Translations under genes and position numbers: made by a program
Assembly: GCF_004010195.1 (NCBI RefSeq)
Contig: NC_057711.1
Location: 36,861,406-36,925,405, forward strand
Reading direction: 5' to 3'
DNA: 64,000 bases
Source: Chiloscyllium plagiosum
Taxonomy: Eukaryota
Shown: piece after piece, positions 26,150 to 39,932 of the stretch
How positions within the stretch are numbered: the stretch's first letter is position 1
Layout: each line of letters opens with the position of its first letter
Notes under the pieces: model-generated
The model's database searches: none
Seen by the model: the letters and a program-made list of their open reading frames with translations, nothing else
Told to the model about the DNA's origin: nothing

Positions 26150-28250
26150 AACACTTTATTTCAGGAGCTGCATCATTACAAGGATTCATAGTATCATCTA
26201 AGGTCAAGACATTAGCCCCAACCAGATCTAGTCATCTTGAGAAGGTACGATTTACTTAGTATTCTCTACACCTGCACCTACCACAGCATAGTCTGTGACA
26301 CCAACCACTCTTTTATCAGCAGTAGAGAGTGTACCCTGAACATTTCAGGGTTCTAAACATTGTGGCATCCCTTGCACAAGTAATGATATTAAATACTAAC
26401 ACTTCACACTTCCAGTAGAATGATTACTATCCAATGAAGACTTATCAGGAAGCACCAATGCCAGAATCAATGAACTTCATGACTTTTGAGGTTTAATCAT
26501 CTGCGAAGCAGCAGAAGCATCATTTGATAAGTGTGGAATCGACAACAAGAATTGGTTTGAGACCTATTTTAGCTGAGATCATAGTATGTGTTAATGCAAA
26601 AGATAAAGACTACATAATGCACAGCATATACCCAGAAGCAAAAACACTGTATGACCTGAAAGCAGTCAAGACAGCTGTGCAAAAGGTAGGGAAACACTGC
26701 AAAATTAAATACTAGGTCAACTTACACTAAGAAATCCAATCTGCCTGTAAGAATGGAAATCTATGAACTGTATTTGCAGAGTTCAAGAGAGTATTTTGTT
26801 CCATTATAATCAAAGTTATGCATGTGAAGTTGGCAGATGATGAATTACTCCATCAGAAATAAACAGAAGTGCCATTGGGCTGAACAGCACGATGAAGTGT
26901 AGTTCTTTTAGACAGAAACCTCCAAATTTGCACTTGACACTCTCATGCAATTTCCTGCCATGGTTGAGTTACATGCAGCATCCTCATCACTTGAGTATGA
27001 GAACACCAAAGAGTGCTTAACAAACAGAAAGGCAGCAGGAATGGAATATCATTCAGCTGGTCAAGCTGGTCCTATCTACAACTATATGTTTGTGACTGTC
27101 TCCTTCTCTGCTGGAGATGCACAATGCCAAAATCATCACACTTTACAAAAGTAAATATTACAGAATACAACTACAGGGCATCTCACTCCTTAGTATCACA
27201 CCGAAATCCTTCGTTTGGGTTGTAAAAAGCACCATCTACTTGCAGACTGACTATCTGGAAGCACAGTGTGGTTTCCATACTGGCAGATCTATTGTGGTCA
27301 TGATCTTCTCCAAATGACACGATAGAAAAAGTGCAAAGAACAGTGTATACCTCTTTACTTCAGTACATCTCATCAAGGCATTCAACACCATTTGCTGAGC
27401 AGGGTTTTACAACATTTTGAGAAGACTGGCTGTTCATTAAAGCTCTTCAGTCTCATGCGTTCCTTGCTTTCCCTAACAATAAGCAACAAGAAAACATTGC
27501 TCATGGGACCAAGTGTTGTATCTCCAGTCCAATCACAATATAAAACACGCTGCTGAAAGTGGTTGAAAATTCTGTTAGCTTGAGACTGTGGTTATATACA
27601 ATCTTGATACAGTCAAACATGCAAGTATAGAGAAATTAGTGACCATCTTCGGATGACTCACAAAACATACTCTGAACAACATCAAGTTGACCCTGTGAAC
27701 CCTGCTAATGGTTTATAAGGCCAGTGTTCTTAGCAAAGAGTGTGGTGCTGGAAAAATACAGTAGGTCAGGCAGCATCCCAGGAGTAGGAGAATCGACGTT
27801 TCGGACATAAGCCCTTCATCAGGAAGCCTAACCTGCTGTGCTTTTCCAGCATCACACTCTTGACTCTGATCTTCAGCATCTGCAGTCTTCACTTACTCCC
27901 AGTCTTCTTAGCACTTTGCTGTATGGTTGTGAAACTTATAATGACTTACAGCTATCAAGAAAAGAATTCCAATAATATTTTTCTACACTGTATATTGCAC
28001 ATTACATGTATATTCTGGCAGATTGAAGTCTCAATTTCCACAGTCTTCTCAAAAGCAGAGTTCTCTAGCTTATTAGCACTCATCAAACTGGCTTCACTGG
28101 CAAGTGGACATACATAAGATGAAAGACCAAAAGGTTTTCTGTATGGCGAGGTAGTCAGGATCCAGACGATCATAGGACTTGAAAAGAGTGATGATTGTTC
28201 TCAATGGCCACTAGCTGACAACAAAGAAAAATATGAACCCTTCTCAGCTG
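26150..28250 (+). mobile_element. Highly degenerate RTE-clade LINE
   Basis: GISLLSITPKSF..EAQCGFHTGRSIVVMIFS resembles RTE RT motifs; boundaries approximate. Confidence 0.7.
27735..27900. repeat. Penelope fold-back element with minus-strand hammerhead motif
   Basis: Partial inverted arms; minus strand CTGATGA-A-GGGCTTATGTCC-GAAAC-GTC. Confidence 0.8.
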
Positions 28251-29765
28251 AGAGACATCAACATGGAGAAGTCAACAACACTTGGTAGCCTTGTGTAAAA
28301 CTTGTGGTGGGACCTGCCTCTCAAGGGGTGGCCTCTTCAGCCATGAGCAAAAGTACATCATGTGGAGACACTCCCTGAAACAGTTTCTTCCATCATTTTT
28401 CATAGATGAAAGAATGATGGGGGCACATAATTAGCGACGGCATAGCAAATAGTAGTATGAAGGTTATACTAGAACTCTCTAAAACATTAGTTAGGGACCA
28501 CAGCTAAAATACTACTGACATTCTGGTTATTGTGTTATAGGTCAAATAATATTCCACTAGAGTACAAAAGAGATTTTTGCGGATACAGCTAGGACTGGGA
28601 AACTTTAAGTCTTAAGCAATGATCAGATAAGCTGAAGTTAGTTTTGTGAAATGGAAGAGAAAGAGAGGTTTAACTGTGGTGTATAAAAATTGTGAGGCCT
28701 CATGAAAGTGGGCAGGAATTGCTATTTCTTTTAGCTAAAATGACAATAACCAAGGAGAATAGATTTAATCAAGGGGAACAGTTTAAACAATTTGGCAGAA
28801 GGATCAGAAAAGAATTTGGAGAAATCTTTCACAACAGGTGGGTGAGGGATGGTGTGACAAAGACACGTACGGCATTTGAAAAGTATAAGGGTAAGCACCT
28901 GATTTTTTTATACTCCAGGGCCACAGATCAATAAATGCAATGTATAATGAGCCTGCCAGTTTTATTTTATTGCTGGCACTGACACAAGGGGCTGAATAGG
29001 TCACTTCTACCTTGCAATGTTTCTAAATTTTAATATGGTGCAAAGTTCTGTGGCAATTAATTGATTTATAACTAGGGTCTACTGTAATTCTGTTTCGTTC
29101 AAAGCATCTGACAATCTAATAATAGCGAATGAATTATATTAACATGAATGTCATAAATCTGACACGTCATTAACTGGAAACAACTGTGTGTTCTTCAATT
29201 ATCCATCTAGCTGCAAGAATGCAGAGATGTGAAGTGTCAAATATTTTGTCAAGGATGTCTGACAAAATATCATGCCTATTTCAATTAACTATAATGCACA
29301 GCCCTGGAATTCATGAAATATCACATTTACAAACTGTGTATATGGGAATCTAGACAGACTTTATTTAAATGTCTAAAAAATAGAAATAGGCCAACTTTTT
29401 TAAACAAATAGTACAATTAGCACACAGTATGCACATTATGCATGCCAATCAGCAAGGTGGAATCACAGATATTTACATTATCTTTAAGAGCAGGTGCAGT
29501 AGCTTTTAAGTAATCTCAATTCATGGTTTATTTGGAAAACTTTATTTGGGATTACTCAGGTGCTTTTTATTGAAGACACCTTAATAAGCTATTCAAAAAT
29601 ATTTGAAGGTATAAAGCTAGCGAGGCTTATTGTAGTTTTGATGCCTTATTTAAATAGAAACACCTGGTTTCCAATTTCCTTTCATAAAACCACTTTGCTG
29701 GATAATGCAACAGAAAAACACATGTTCAACCATTCGATTTTCCAATACACTATTGTTTTATTTAC

Positions 29766-29804
29766 CTGAAGCAAGCAGTGTGTGTACCTCAGAAGTGTTA
29801 CTGA
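29766..29804 (-). CDS. FCHO2: Probable FCHO2 cassette exon, 39 nt, (V)SNTSEVHTLLAS
   Basis: strong tract tttccttttcttccag, CAG|GTAAAT donor, symmetric phase 1-1, open frame; no recalled homologue. Confidence 0.6.
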
Positions 29805-30449
29805 CTGGAAGAAAAGGAAAAGCTAGAACAAAGGTTAAGAAAAACAAGAAGGAAGATGAAAGCAAAAGTAATTGATGAAATATACCACCAGCATGGTTAA
29901 TTTTAAAATCTAGTATGAAAGCAAGTTTTAAGCTTTTACCATCCAAGTCAAGTTGCATTGTTTACATTTAGAACTGCCTTGTTCTTAACACATAGGTGAA
30001 ACAAAATATTGACTGAGGTGTGCCACATTCAAACATTTGCCCTTCATATATAGAACCAAAACATTTACAGCATAAGAGGCAGAAGTTCACTCCACTATGT
30101 TCATTAGTTGGGGTAATCCAAAACCACCCTTGTTTTTTCCTGTTTTTCAAACATTTATTTAATTACTCATTAAGAGATGTAAAGTTTCAGTCTTAATCAT
30201 GCCCTGTAATGTGACTTTTTGTGTTTGTAAACTGAAATATAATGTTTTCTACATTCTCTTCATAAAAGATGTTTATTTGAAATGGATAAACTCCAGTCCT
30301 GCCTTCCCAAAGGTAAATGTTTCTTCTACTTACAGTTATCAAAATTCTTCCTAACTAAAAGTCAAAATTAAAATCTTTTTTGCAGCCTCTGATATCAACA
30401 ACTTAAGCTTCTACTTGTAACTATTGTTTATTCATCCATGGTAATCCTG

Positions 30450-31050
30450 GCGTGGACCAGAACCTCAACTGGACTCATTATATCAATATAGTGGCAACGA
30501 GAGCAGATCAGAGGCTAGGAATACTTGAAGAGTACTCATCTCCTGACTCCCAAAGCCTGGCCACCATCTTCTGGGCACAAATCAGGAGTGCAGCACCAGC
30601 AGCACTCAAGAAGCTTGAACCATACAGGACAAAGCAGCCCATTTAGTTAGCACCACATCCATTACCTCCAACACTGACACTCAGTAGCAGTAATGTGTAC
30701 TACCTGCGAGATGCACTATTGAAAGTTGCCAAAAATTCTTAGAGAGCACCTTCTAAATCCAAGTTCATTTCTATCCAGCAGGACAAGGCACGATCACCTG
30801 CAAGATCCCTTCCTAGTCACTCACAATCCAGACTTGGAAGTATATCACCGTTCCTTCACTGTCGAGGGTGGATATCTTGGAATTCCTCCCCCCACCAAGG
30901 GGATTGTGGGCTTACCTATAGCACCTGAGCTGCAACTATTCAGCAAAGTAGCTTACCAGTCCGTTCCTGAACGCCACTGGCGACAAGCAATAAATGCTGT
31001 GCATCCAGCCACACCCATGTTCCCATGAGAGAATATACAAAAAAAATTGG
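30450..31050 (+). mobile_element. 3' fragment of the LINE family seen at 19285-22670
   Basis: DQNLNWTHYINIVATRADQRLGIL and similar 3' UTR. Confidence 0.7.
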
Positions 31051-31059
31051 CATATTCTT

Positions 31060-32460
31060 TCCTACTCACTAAGCCTGTGCGAATCCCCCCAAGCCACTTT
31101 ACATCTTCCTTACAATACACAACACACACATTCCACCTAATTTTGTAGCATGTGCAAATTCAGAAATATTAAGTTTAGCCCCTGCCTCCAAATCATTGAT
31201 ACATATTGTGAACATCTAGAGGTCAAGTATCAATCGTGCAGTATCCCACTAGTCACTTGGGATTGAACTGGTTATTTCTACTCTCTTGCTTTTTGGCCAT
31301 TAGCCAATTTTAATCATGTCACTACATTACCTCCTACTCCAGGTGCTTTAATTTTATTAGCTAACCTCCTGTGTGGGACATTATCAAATGCCAAATATAT
31401 TATGCCCATTGACACTTCTCGATCAATTTCATTAGTAACATCCTTGAAAGACTCCAATACATTTGTCAAGCACAATTTCCCAATTGCAAATCCATTTTGA
31501 CAATGCTCAAGCAAATCCTTTACCACAGCTTTCGTAATAGATTCTAGTATTTTCCATTCTATTGAGCAAGGCCAACAGGCTATGAACGTGCTTAGAGTAT
31601 TAACAAGCTGGAAGCAGAGTGGGCATAAACCTCACTGCACTTGTAGGCAGTGGATAATGGAGTAATACAAAGAGATATTGACAATTTTCATCACTGGCTT
31701 GGATGAAAAGACAGAAAGTAATGAATCTCAAGTTTGCTGATGATACAATGCTATGTGGAAAGATAAACTATAGGAAGGACACAGAGTCTACAAAGAGGTG
31801 TAGACAGGTTAAGAGAGTAGGTAACAATAATATAGGGATGTGCAAAGTTATTCACTTTGGTCATAAGAATAAAAAACAGAATTGTTTTAAAAGATTCTAA
31901 ACTTGTAACCATTTACTTTCAAAGAGACATGGGTGTTTAAGGAATGTAGCAAGTCATCATGGAGGTACAACAGCAACTAGGAAGGTAAGTGAATAAAGTC
32001 TAAATTATACAGGATTTTAGTGAGACCACATCTGGAGTATTGTGCACAGTTTTGGTCTCTGAAGATTGAGTCAGTCAGGTCTATTTCTCTGTTGCTTACA
32101 AGAATGAGATGCACTCCTATTAAGAAATACAACATTTTTGAGGGGGCTGTTAAGATAGATGATGAGAAATTGTTTTCACTGGTCAACAAATCTAAAATGT
32201 GGAGACACAGCCTCAGGCTAAAGGGCCAAAATTTTAGGACTAAGATGAGGAGAAATTATTTCACTTAAATAGTGAATCTATTGGGATTATAAATCTGTGG
32301 AAGTCTCTACCCAAGGTGCCTGGGGATGGTTCATTTCTGGAAATATACAAGGCTGGAATAGACACAGCTTTTGTCTCAGAGAATTAACAGACATGTGGAA
32401 CAGGAAGGAAGGTGGAGTTGAAGCTCAATATCAACTGTGAATGTATTAAATCGTGGAGCA
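31060..32460. mobile_element. Degenerate CR1 fragments in opposite orientations
   Basis: Minus: CLTNVLESF..AFDNVPHRRL; plus: KFADDT, RPHLEYCAQFWS. Confidence 0.75.
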
Positions 32461-33865
32461 GTAATATAAAAAAAAACCTTATGCTCACGCGGTAATGAGA
32501 ATAATTTAAATTTAAACATATGTTAACAATCTCTCAGGCATTCTACCCAACACATTGTAAAGACACACAAATATGTTCAGTTAAAGATGCAAATTAATAA
32601 CCAAAAAATATTTTGGTCTCCAAAATGGGTGACAGCACTGGAAAAAAATAACAGAAAAATCATAGTCAAAATACTTAGTAACATTCATGCCCCTCGAACA
32701 CAAAACAATGACAATTTCCAATTCGAGACATTCAAACTACTTTCCCTTGACATTCAATGGTATTACCATGATTGAATCTGCTACTAGCAACATCCTGAAG
32801 GGTTACCAAAAACTAAACTGGACTCGCCATACAAATACAGTAGCTGCAAGAAAGGTTAGGGATTGGAAAACTTCAATGATAACTCCCTTCCTAACTCATT
32901 GCAGTAGAGCATTTAATGAGTGGTTTCACTAAATGAGAATTCTACGTTGATCCGCAAATGCACCATTCCACCAATGATCAGATACAAATCTTGAATTATT
33001 CCTCTGTCTCCAATCCTTCTTTGCTAACAGCATAAAAACCATCATTTTCCAGACCTCTTCAGATCCAAAGAAGTCATATTGGACTCAAAACATTAATTCT
33101 GTTTTTCCCTCCACAGATGCTGCCAGATTTCTGAGCTTCTCCAGCTCTTCTGATTTTATTTTGGATCCAGCTTCTGTAGCAGTTTACTTTTATTGATATG
33201 ATTCTACAATGGTTACTTTTCCCATTGTTTTAACAATGGCTTAATTGTTAATGGTTTAACTCAGTTTTAACAAATGAGCTCAAGTTTGAAAAGGCTGGTT
33301 CTTAATAGCACTAACATTCATCTTTTAGATAACTAATATTTTGGATGAGAAAATGCAATCTTTATAGAATGATTTTTTAACAATATATTTTGAGCATCTT
33401 AAATAGAGAAGACTTTAAAATTGAGTATTTAAATGAAGTGACTGCTTGCTGTACAAAATCAAATTTGCTACTGGCATTTAGTAAATGTGAGAAGAATTAA
33501 CAATGACATTGTCTCTTCCACATTTCATTAAAAAAAATAGCAAATTCTCTCACCATTACAGTCAAAATCAAACAAAAAGTAATAATAATGAAGAAAAAAA
33601 CTTTTAGGAAAACATAACTTAGTATCGAAACAATATTATCCCTTTTTCTTAATGGCATCCTACCCATGCAAAGAAACGAAACATTAGCATGGTTAATGCA
33701 TTCATAGTATCAATTTGTTAATATTACATACTGATAGCAATAATAGTGAGGAAATTATAATGTATACACAAAAATCATACCTAACTTGAAAGTGGCATAA
33801 ACAGTACTATTGTATTTAAAATATTTACACTATTAAGCAATATCAGAAACTAAATTAATATTCAC

Positions 33866-33960
33866 CTGATGAAGTTGTTGATGTGGATGAAGACGAGGAA
33901 TCAAGTGGAGGTCCAAACAACGGATCCAGTGAAAACAGGTCATTATTGACCCTTCTGGAG
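33866..33960 (-). CDS. FCHO2: FCHO2 exon, 95 nt, (D)SRRVNNDLFSLDPLFGPPLDSSSSSTSTTSS
   Basis: tttag / GTGAAT, phase 2-1; conserved DPLFGP block; a second in-frame CAG lies 6 nt inside. Confidence 0.92.
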
Positions 33961-36379
33961 CTAAATGAGTTAAACAAAAGCAAAAGCTTTAAGTTAATGC
34001 ACAATTGCAATAATTAGCAATTACTTTCTCCAGTTAATTAATCTTGATATTTCTGTTTTAATGCCTATATAAAAACTTCGGTTCCTAACTTAATCATGCA
34101 CACTTGTATAATTGATAGCATTTCTTGAAAATGTTTGCAGAATGCAGCATGGATCTATAATTTTGCTCCCCTGTTGGCAGGTTCATAGAGTGTGTATGTA
34201 AAATCTAGTAGGTGGATCTTTGAAAACCTCCAACTACCTAACCATGATCTGTCTGACATTTTATGGGATGGGCATGTTAGGTAATCTACTCCTCCTTGGG
34301 TTTACTGAAAAACCCTTAAGGCTTCAAGCTGTTGCTATTTCTGATATTTTACCTGTGGCTGAGGGAGATTCATGTCTTGCAGGAAGCTTAACAGTTTTAG
34401 CCATGCATACTGCTATCTATCTGCAATGAAGCTGAACCACTTTTAAACATAAATGTAAATGCATTATCAAACATCTCCTGCTATTCAGCTTTAATCTGCC
34501 TACAAGGTCTGCCTGATAAAAATTAGTCTTTGAGAGTTCTCCTCTACCCCAAGCACTATTATTACTAGGTACAATTAACTTATGTTGTGTCAATTGTCTG
34601 AATCCTTTTGGCCTTTGGCCATGGGACAGCCACTCATGACGTTGTGATTGTTCTCCTCTTACCTGCGTTGACCTGAGTGTTAGTTTACCATTCTTTCTAA
34701 GAAAAAATACTTATTTTAGAAAACACATTAACAATAGGGTGCAATTGACACCAGATAAATTGCCGAAGCCAGTTCAATGGCTATTGCGACCTGTTTTTCC
34801 AGTAGCTCTTCCCTTTGTTTTCATATGCCTAGAACTTTGGATAGTTAAGAATTTCTGTAATAGCAATAAGATGAAATCTTAGGCTAGATCATAACTACTA
34901 GAAAAATTCAGTATAAGGGGTCCCCAGTGTCTTCTAACCTCTTAGATTCTCTGTAACATTCAAGGCTCACATTAGGCGTATGATTAGATATTGACTACTT
35001 GCTGCATCCAACCAGACTTAACGTTTAATACCATCCCAGACAGAGTATTCCACTTTATTCATGGGCCTGGCTGAAGAAGAACTACAAGTAGTCATTAGCA
35101 AGTCAGTTCCTAAAGGCTGTTCTGTCATTTAACATGATCATAGTAGATCTCATCTCGGCCTCAACCCCATTTTCATACCTGCTTTCCAATGCACTTTAGC
35201 CCATTATTAATTAAACAGACTCCTAATTTGCTGGGTCTGCCGAGCAGACATTAACCTAGAATCCATGATTCTTCTTCCACATGTACTGCAAATCATCCCA
35301 GCAATTGCTACTACTCAATCCTAGTGCTGCTGGGATTGCAGAATTGCCAGTTAATCTGATTGGCCAGCAATTCTCTCGTACTCAGCATAATATTCTTAAA
35401 GGGTGGAAGCTCCACTGTGACCTAATTATGGCAGTCACCAGCATAGACGTTTTGGTTAAGGGGAGGGTGTCGTCTTGTAAAATTCACAATGCGATTCTCT
35501 CTCCACAGATGCTGTCAGAAGTGCTGAATATCTACAGCATTTTCAGTTTTTCTTCTTATTTCTCACCATGTCTTGTTTTTATATCTGTATTTTATTCAAT
35601 GCCACCTTTCTTTCCCAGGAATGCCCATCTCTGCTCTTTTCTCCCAGGGGCAGCTTATTTATCAGAAGACACCACGTAAAAAAATCCTTCAATACACTAA
35701 ATATTTTAATAAATTGTGACATAAAAACATTTCTTTCCTGTCCGGCATAATTTTAAGAAAAACAAAATACTGCAGATGCTGGAAATCTTAACTAAACACT
35801 CAGTAGGTCTGGCAGCACATATGGAGAGAGAAAAACACTGTTTCAAATTCACATTTTTAAGCTGGAAAGGATAATAAGGGTGACACCAATGTTTGGCTGA
35901 CGCAAGTGATAAATATCAGAATTACTGAAATTAATAATTAATTAAATTATAACATTCAAAATCACTAACACAGCTGAAGGAACAACTGTTTAGTAAAAAT
36001 AACTTAAATATTTGAAGTTACTATTGGTTTTATCATTGAGCCAAACAAAGTGAGGAATAAATTATATATTGTCAAATCTCAAGCATATAGCAGGTTGCAA
36101 ATCATGATCGTAACAGGACTTCATCACTGGTCACAATTATCAATCAGGGAACAGGACTGATACCTATTCCTAACATAAGACTGCTTTTTAGCCAACCCTC
36201 CTTATGTTCCTCTCCAAATGCACAAAAAGCTGATACACTTGTGGTGCACTGATAATGCCCCTACCTCTGTGTCAGAAGGCTTAAGTTCAACTCCCAGCTC
36301 CTCCAGAACATGTCTGAAAAGGTTGATTAAAAATTTCTATGAAAAGGTAACAAATATGTTTAATATCGTACTGACTTAC

Positions 36380-36422
36380 TCTGGTGATGGAACACATGAT
36401 CTTGGCCGAACCAGCTCTTCAC
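36380..36422 (-). CDS. FCHO2: FCHO2 exon, 43 nt, (S)EELVRPRSCVPSP(D)
   Basis: ctttgtctcctttctacaag / GTAAGT, phase 1-2. Confidence 0.85.
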
Positions 36423-37119
36423 CTTGTAGAAAGGAGACAAAGTGAGGAAAATGTTTGAAGTTATTCCAGTCATTGAACATACCAGGTTTTTATATGTTTT
36501 CAAAGATACTTTCTGAAGCATTTTGAGTTGAGTGCTATTCCTTTTCTAAAGCTTATAAGTATTCCTTTTTGAGTATATGATAGCAGAAAAATTTACTCAG
36601 GAGTACAAACATTTTTTCAAATTACTACATTCTCTATCACAGTACTTGCAGTGAAGAAGGCAGCTATTCAGTTCAGCATGGCTATGACAGCTCTTTGACC
36701 TAAAAATTAATCCTACTTCACTGCTCTTTCTCCAAAATTGCTCTTTTCAAGGATAATCCAATTTCATTTTGAAATTTACTGTTATAACAATTTCTTTGAT
36801 AGCAGTGCATTCCAGACCACCATAACCCTTGTCATGAAATAAAATCTAATTTCCCCTGTAGATTATTTATAATTTTAACTAAAATATTATTATGTTCCCT
36901 TTAGTAGCAGAATGAACAGCTGTAACAGAGGCCTTCCAAGTAATCTATCTTCATTTAAGTAACATTCTGTTTTACGTTCTTCCGAACATAATCCAAGTGT
37001 AACTTACTATAAACTTCTCTTTAAACCTCTCTGACGTTTTCTATTCCTCCACATATTAAGTTCAGTGTTATATTTACTTTTTTTGGCCTTATTAATCTAA
37101 TTGCTTCTCACCAAAGAAT

Positions 37120-37865
37120 AAAACAATAACATGTATTTATATAATGCCTTCAGCATACCAAGACATTCCCTCAGCACATTATCAAACATAATTTGACATC
37201 AAGACACCTCAGGAAACAATGAAGAAGACAAATAATAGTGTGTTTATGAGGCTTTAAGAAATGATCAAGTTTAGGATTCTAACAATTGAAGGCAAAACCT
37301 CCAATGGTTGTACAATTAAAACTGGGATGCTCAATAGGCCAGATTTGGAGCAGTACAGAGACAGGGCAGGAGGATTTTCCTGAAACAGAGAGGATTGGAT
37401 TGGAAAGAAAGGATAAGAATTTTAAAATTAAGGAGCTACTTATTTGGAAGCCAATGTAAGTCAGTGAAGGGTGACGAGCAAATGTGACTCGGTACAAGTT
37501 AGGATATAGGCAACAGAGTTCAGAACGACCTCAAACTTATGAATGGTAGAAATTTTAAAATGTCAACCTGGCATCATTTGGAATAGGAGAAAGTGAGGAC
37601 TGCAGATGCTGGACAGAGTCAAGAGTATGATGTTAGAAAAGATAGCAGGTCAGGCACCATTTGAGGAGCAGGAAAATCGACAATTCGGGCATAAACCCGA
37701 AAGGACTTTGTGATAAAGGGTTTATACCCGAAATATCGATTCTCCTGCTCGTTGGATGCTGCCTGACCTGCTGTCCATATCAATTGGAATAGGCATGAAT
37801 GCGAGTAACAAAAGCATGAATGGGTGTTTCAATAGCAGATTAACTGAGGAAGGGGCACTGTGAGG
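37120..37865 (-). mobile_element. L2-like 3' fragment interrupted by a Penelope fold-back (about 37585-37775)
   Basis: Tail gcattatataaatacatgttattg; inverted gcaggtcaggca / tgcctgacctgc arms. Confidence 0.55.
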
Positions 37866-38607
37866 AAATATGCAGAAATATAGTTAATTTGACTCAACAG
37901 CATATAGTACAAATATACAGACAAGCTTTAATCAGTTAATTTAATACATCTTTACCGGCACACGTCTAATAATAGATGATTTTAGCAAAGCACAATATTA
38001 AATACACTTACTGGAGTGTAAAAGTAAGTAGTAGTTTCCAAAAGAGAGCAAGATGCTCCATATCATTATGGGTTAAATGTTGACTAGCATTTATTTATTT
38101 CTTTAGCTTCCCAACATAACAATTAGGAAGCACAGAATTGTTAACGTGCAAAATTTCATCATTGGCTCAACATGCCTACACAGTACTCCAAATGAGCATC
38201 ACATTAATTGTCATTCTTCTGTCTTAGCTCCATAACCTTGCACATTGCTCCTTTTCAAATAGCAGTGTAATTCTCTTTTGAATGCCTCAATTGAACATAG
38301 CTCCACTGCACTCTTGGTCAGTGTAATCTAGAGTCAGCCACTCATGAAAAGGTTTTTCCTAATATCATATTTTCTTCTTTTACCAATCACCTTAAATCTG
38401 TGCCTTCTCAGTCTTGATCATTTCACAAGTGAGAATACTTTATCCCTAACTCTATAAATATAGCTTATCAAATCTTCTCTCAGCATTCACTTCTCAAAGG
38501 GAAAAACATACCAACTTTTCCAACCTATAGTCTGTGAATACAAACAAATTATACTCCCAGTTGGAGAGAGCAAAACATAAAGCAGAAACCCATCAACTAG
38601 TACTTAC

Positions 38608-38632
38608 TAGATGAATTTCTTTTCATTGCATT
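38608..38632 (-). CDS. FCHO2: FCHO2 microexon, 25 nt, NAMKRNSS(S)
   Basis: ttccag / GTAAGT; supplies the required phase 0-1 change; resembles VQMNRNLSN. Confidence 0.85.
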
Positions 38633-38752
38633 CTGGAATGGCAAATAAAAATTAATTAAATACATTAATACTGCAATTCAAATTCTATTCATACCAAATG
38701 TATAATACAATTATTAAAACAATACAAACAAAAATAGTAGTTCAATAGTTAT

Positions 38753-39208
38753 TGCAAATGTTTCGTCCCCTGTCTAGGTGATATCCTCAGTGCTTGGGAG
38801 CCTCCTGTGAAGCGCTTCTGTGGTGTTTCCTCCAGCATTTATAGTGGCCTGTCTCTGCCGCTTCCGGTTGTCAGTTTCAGCTGTCCGCTGTAGTGGCCGG
38901 TATATTGGGTCCAGGTCGATGTGTTTGTTGATGGAGTTTGTGGATGAGTGCCATGCTTCTAGGAATTCCCTGGCTGTTCTTTGTTTCGCTTGCCCTATAA
39001 TGGTAGTGTTGTCCCAGTCAAATTCATGTTGCTTGTCATCTACGTGTATGGCTACTTGGAATAGCTGGTCGTGTCGTTTCGTGGCTAGTTGATGTTCGTG
39101 GATGCGGATCGTTAGCTGTCTTCCTTTTGTCCTATATAGTGTTTTGTGCAGTCCTTGCATGGGATTTTGTACACTACATTAGTTTTGCTCATGCTGGGTA
39201 TCGGGTCC
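38753..39208 (-). mobile_element. Penelope-like element of a second family, GIY-YIG end plus terminal repeat
   Basis: GRQLTIRIHEHQLA..HEFDWDNTTII..REFLEAWHS. Confidence 0.88.
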
Positions 39209-39932
39209 TAATTTTTACATTTTTATTGAGGCTAGTTCTTGAACTGAAATTTTGTCCACAGCCAACATTTCCAGGTCAGAGACAATTTGGTTTTACTGCA
39301 AGACTAAACACATGTTGTAAAGTCACCAAATTGTGTTTCAACCCAAACCTTAGAAAAACGTTTCGTTCTGCATGAATGCCTCCTTATTTCCCTCATCATT
39401 TAGCTTTATGGCTTCTCTGAATGTGATTTGCCCCCAATTGTGTCACTTTTTCACAGTGGGTGTGTAGGAACTTAAACAACTCAACTTTATTTTCAATTAG
39501 GAAATTTGCTGGCGATAGTTATCTGGATTAGATATTGATCTGAACTCTACTTGCAAAACAATTCTTTGAAAATCTACTGATTCCCACCGAGTTAAAACAT
39601 GTATGTCCTAATTGCTCCTCACTCTCCGAGCATAATCACTTCTGAGACATTTCACGTAGAAATATAATGCTGACTAAATAACTCTGACTAAATTACGAGG
39701 AATGTGATATCAAATAATCCCACATCTGAGGGGTCTTGATTTGGTGGATTTGGAGAAGATATTACCTTCCATGGAAGAATCTAGAACGAGGAGTCATTGT
39801 TTAAAAATAGGGTCACCTATTTAAGACAGAGATGAGACTAAATTATTTCTCTCAAAGGGTCATGAGTCTTTGGAACTTTCTTCCTCATAGGAGGTGGAAG
39901 AAGAATTTTTGACCTTGAGGTAGAGCTAGATA

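Noticed and set aside
37956-37965. 10-nt segment bounded by AG and GT
   Set aside because: Breaks the reading frame and has a poor acceptor
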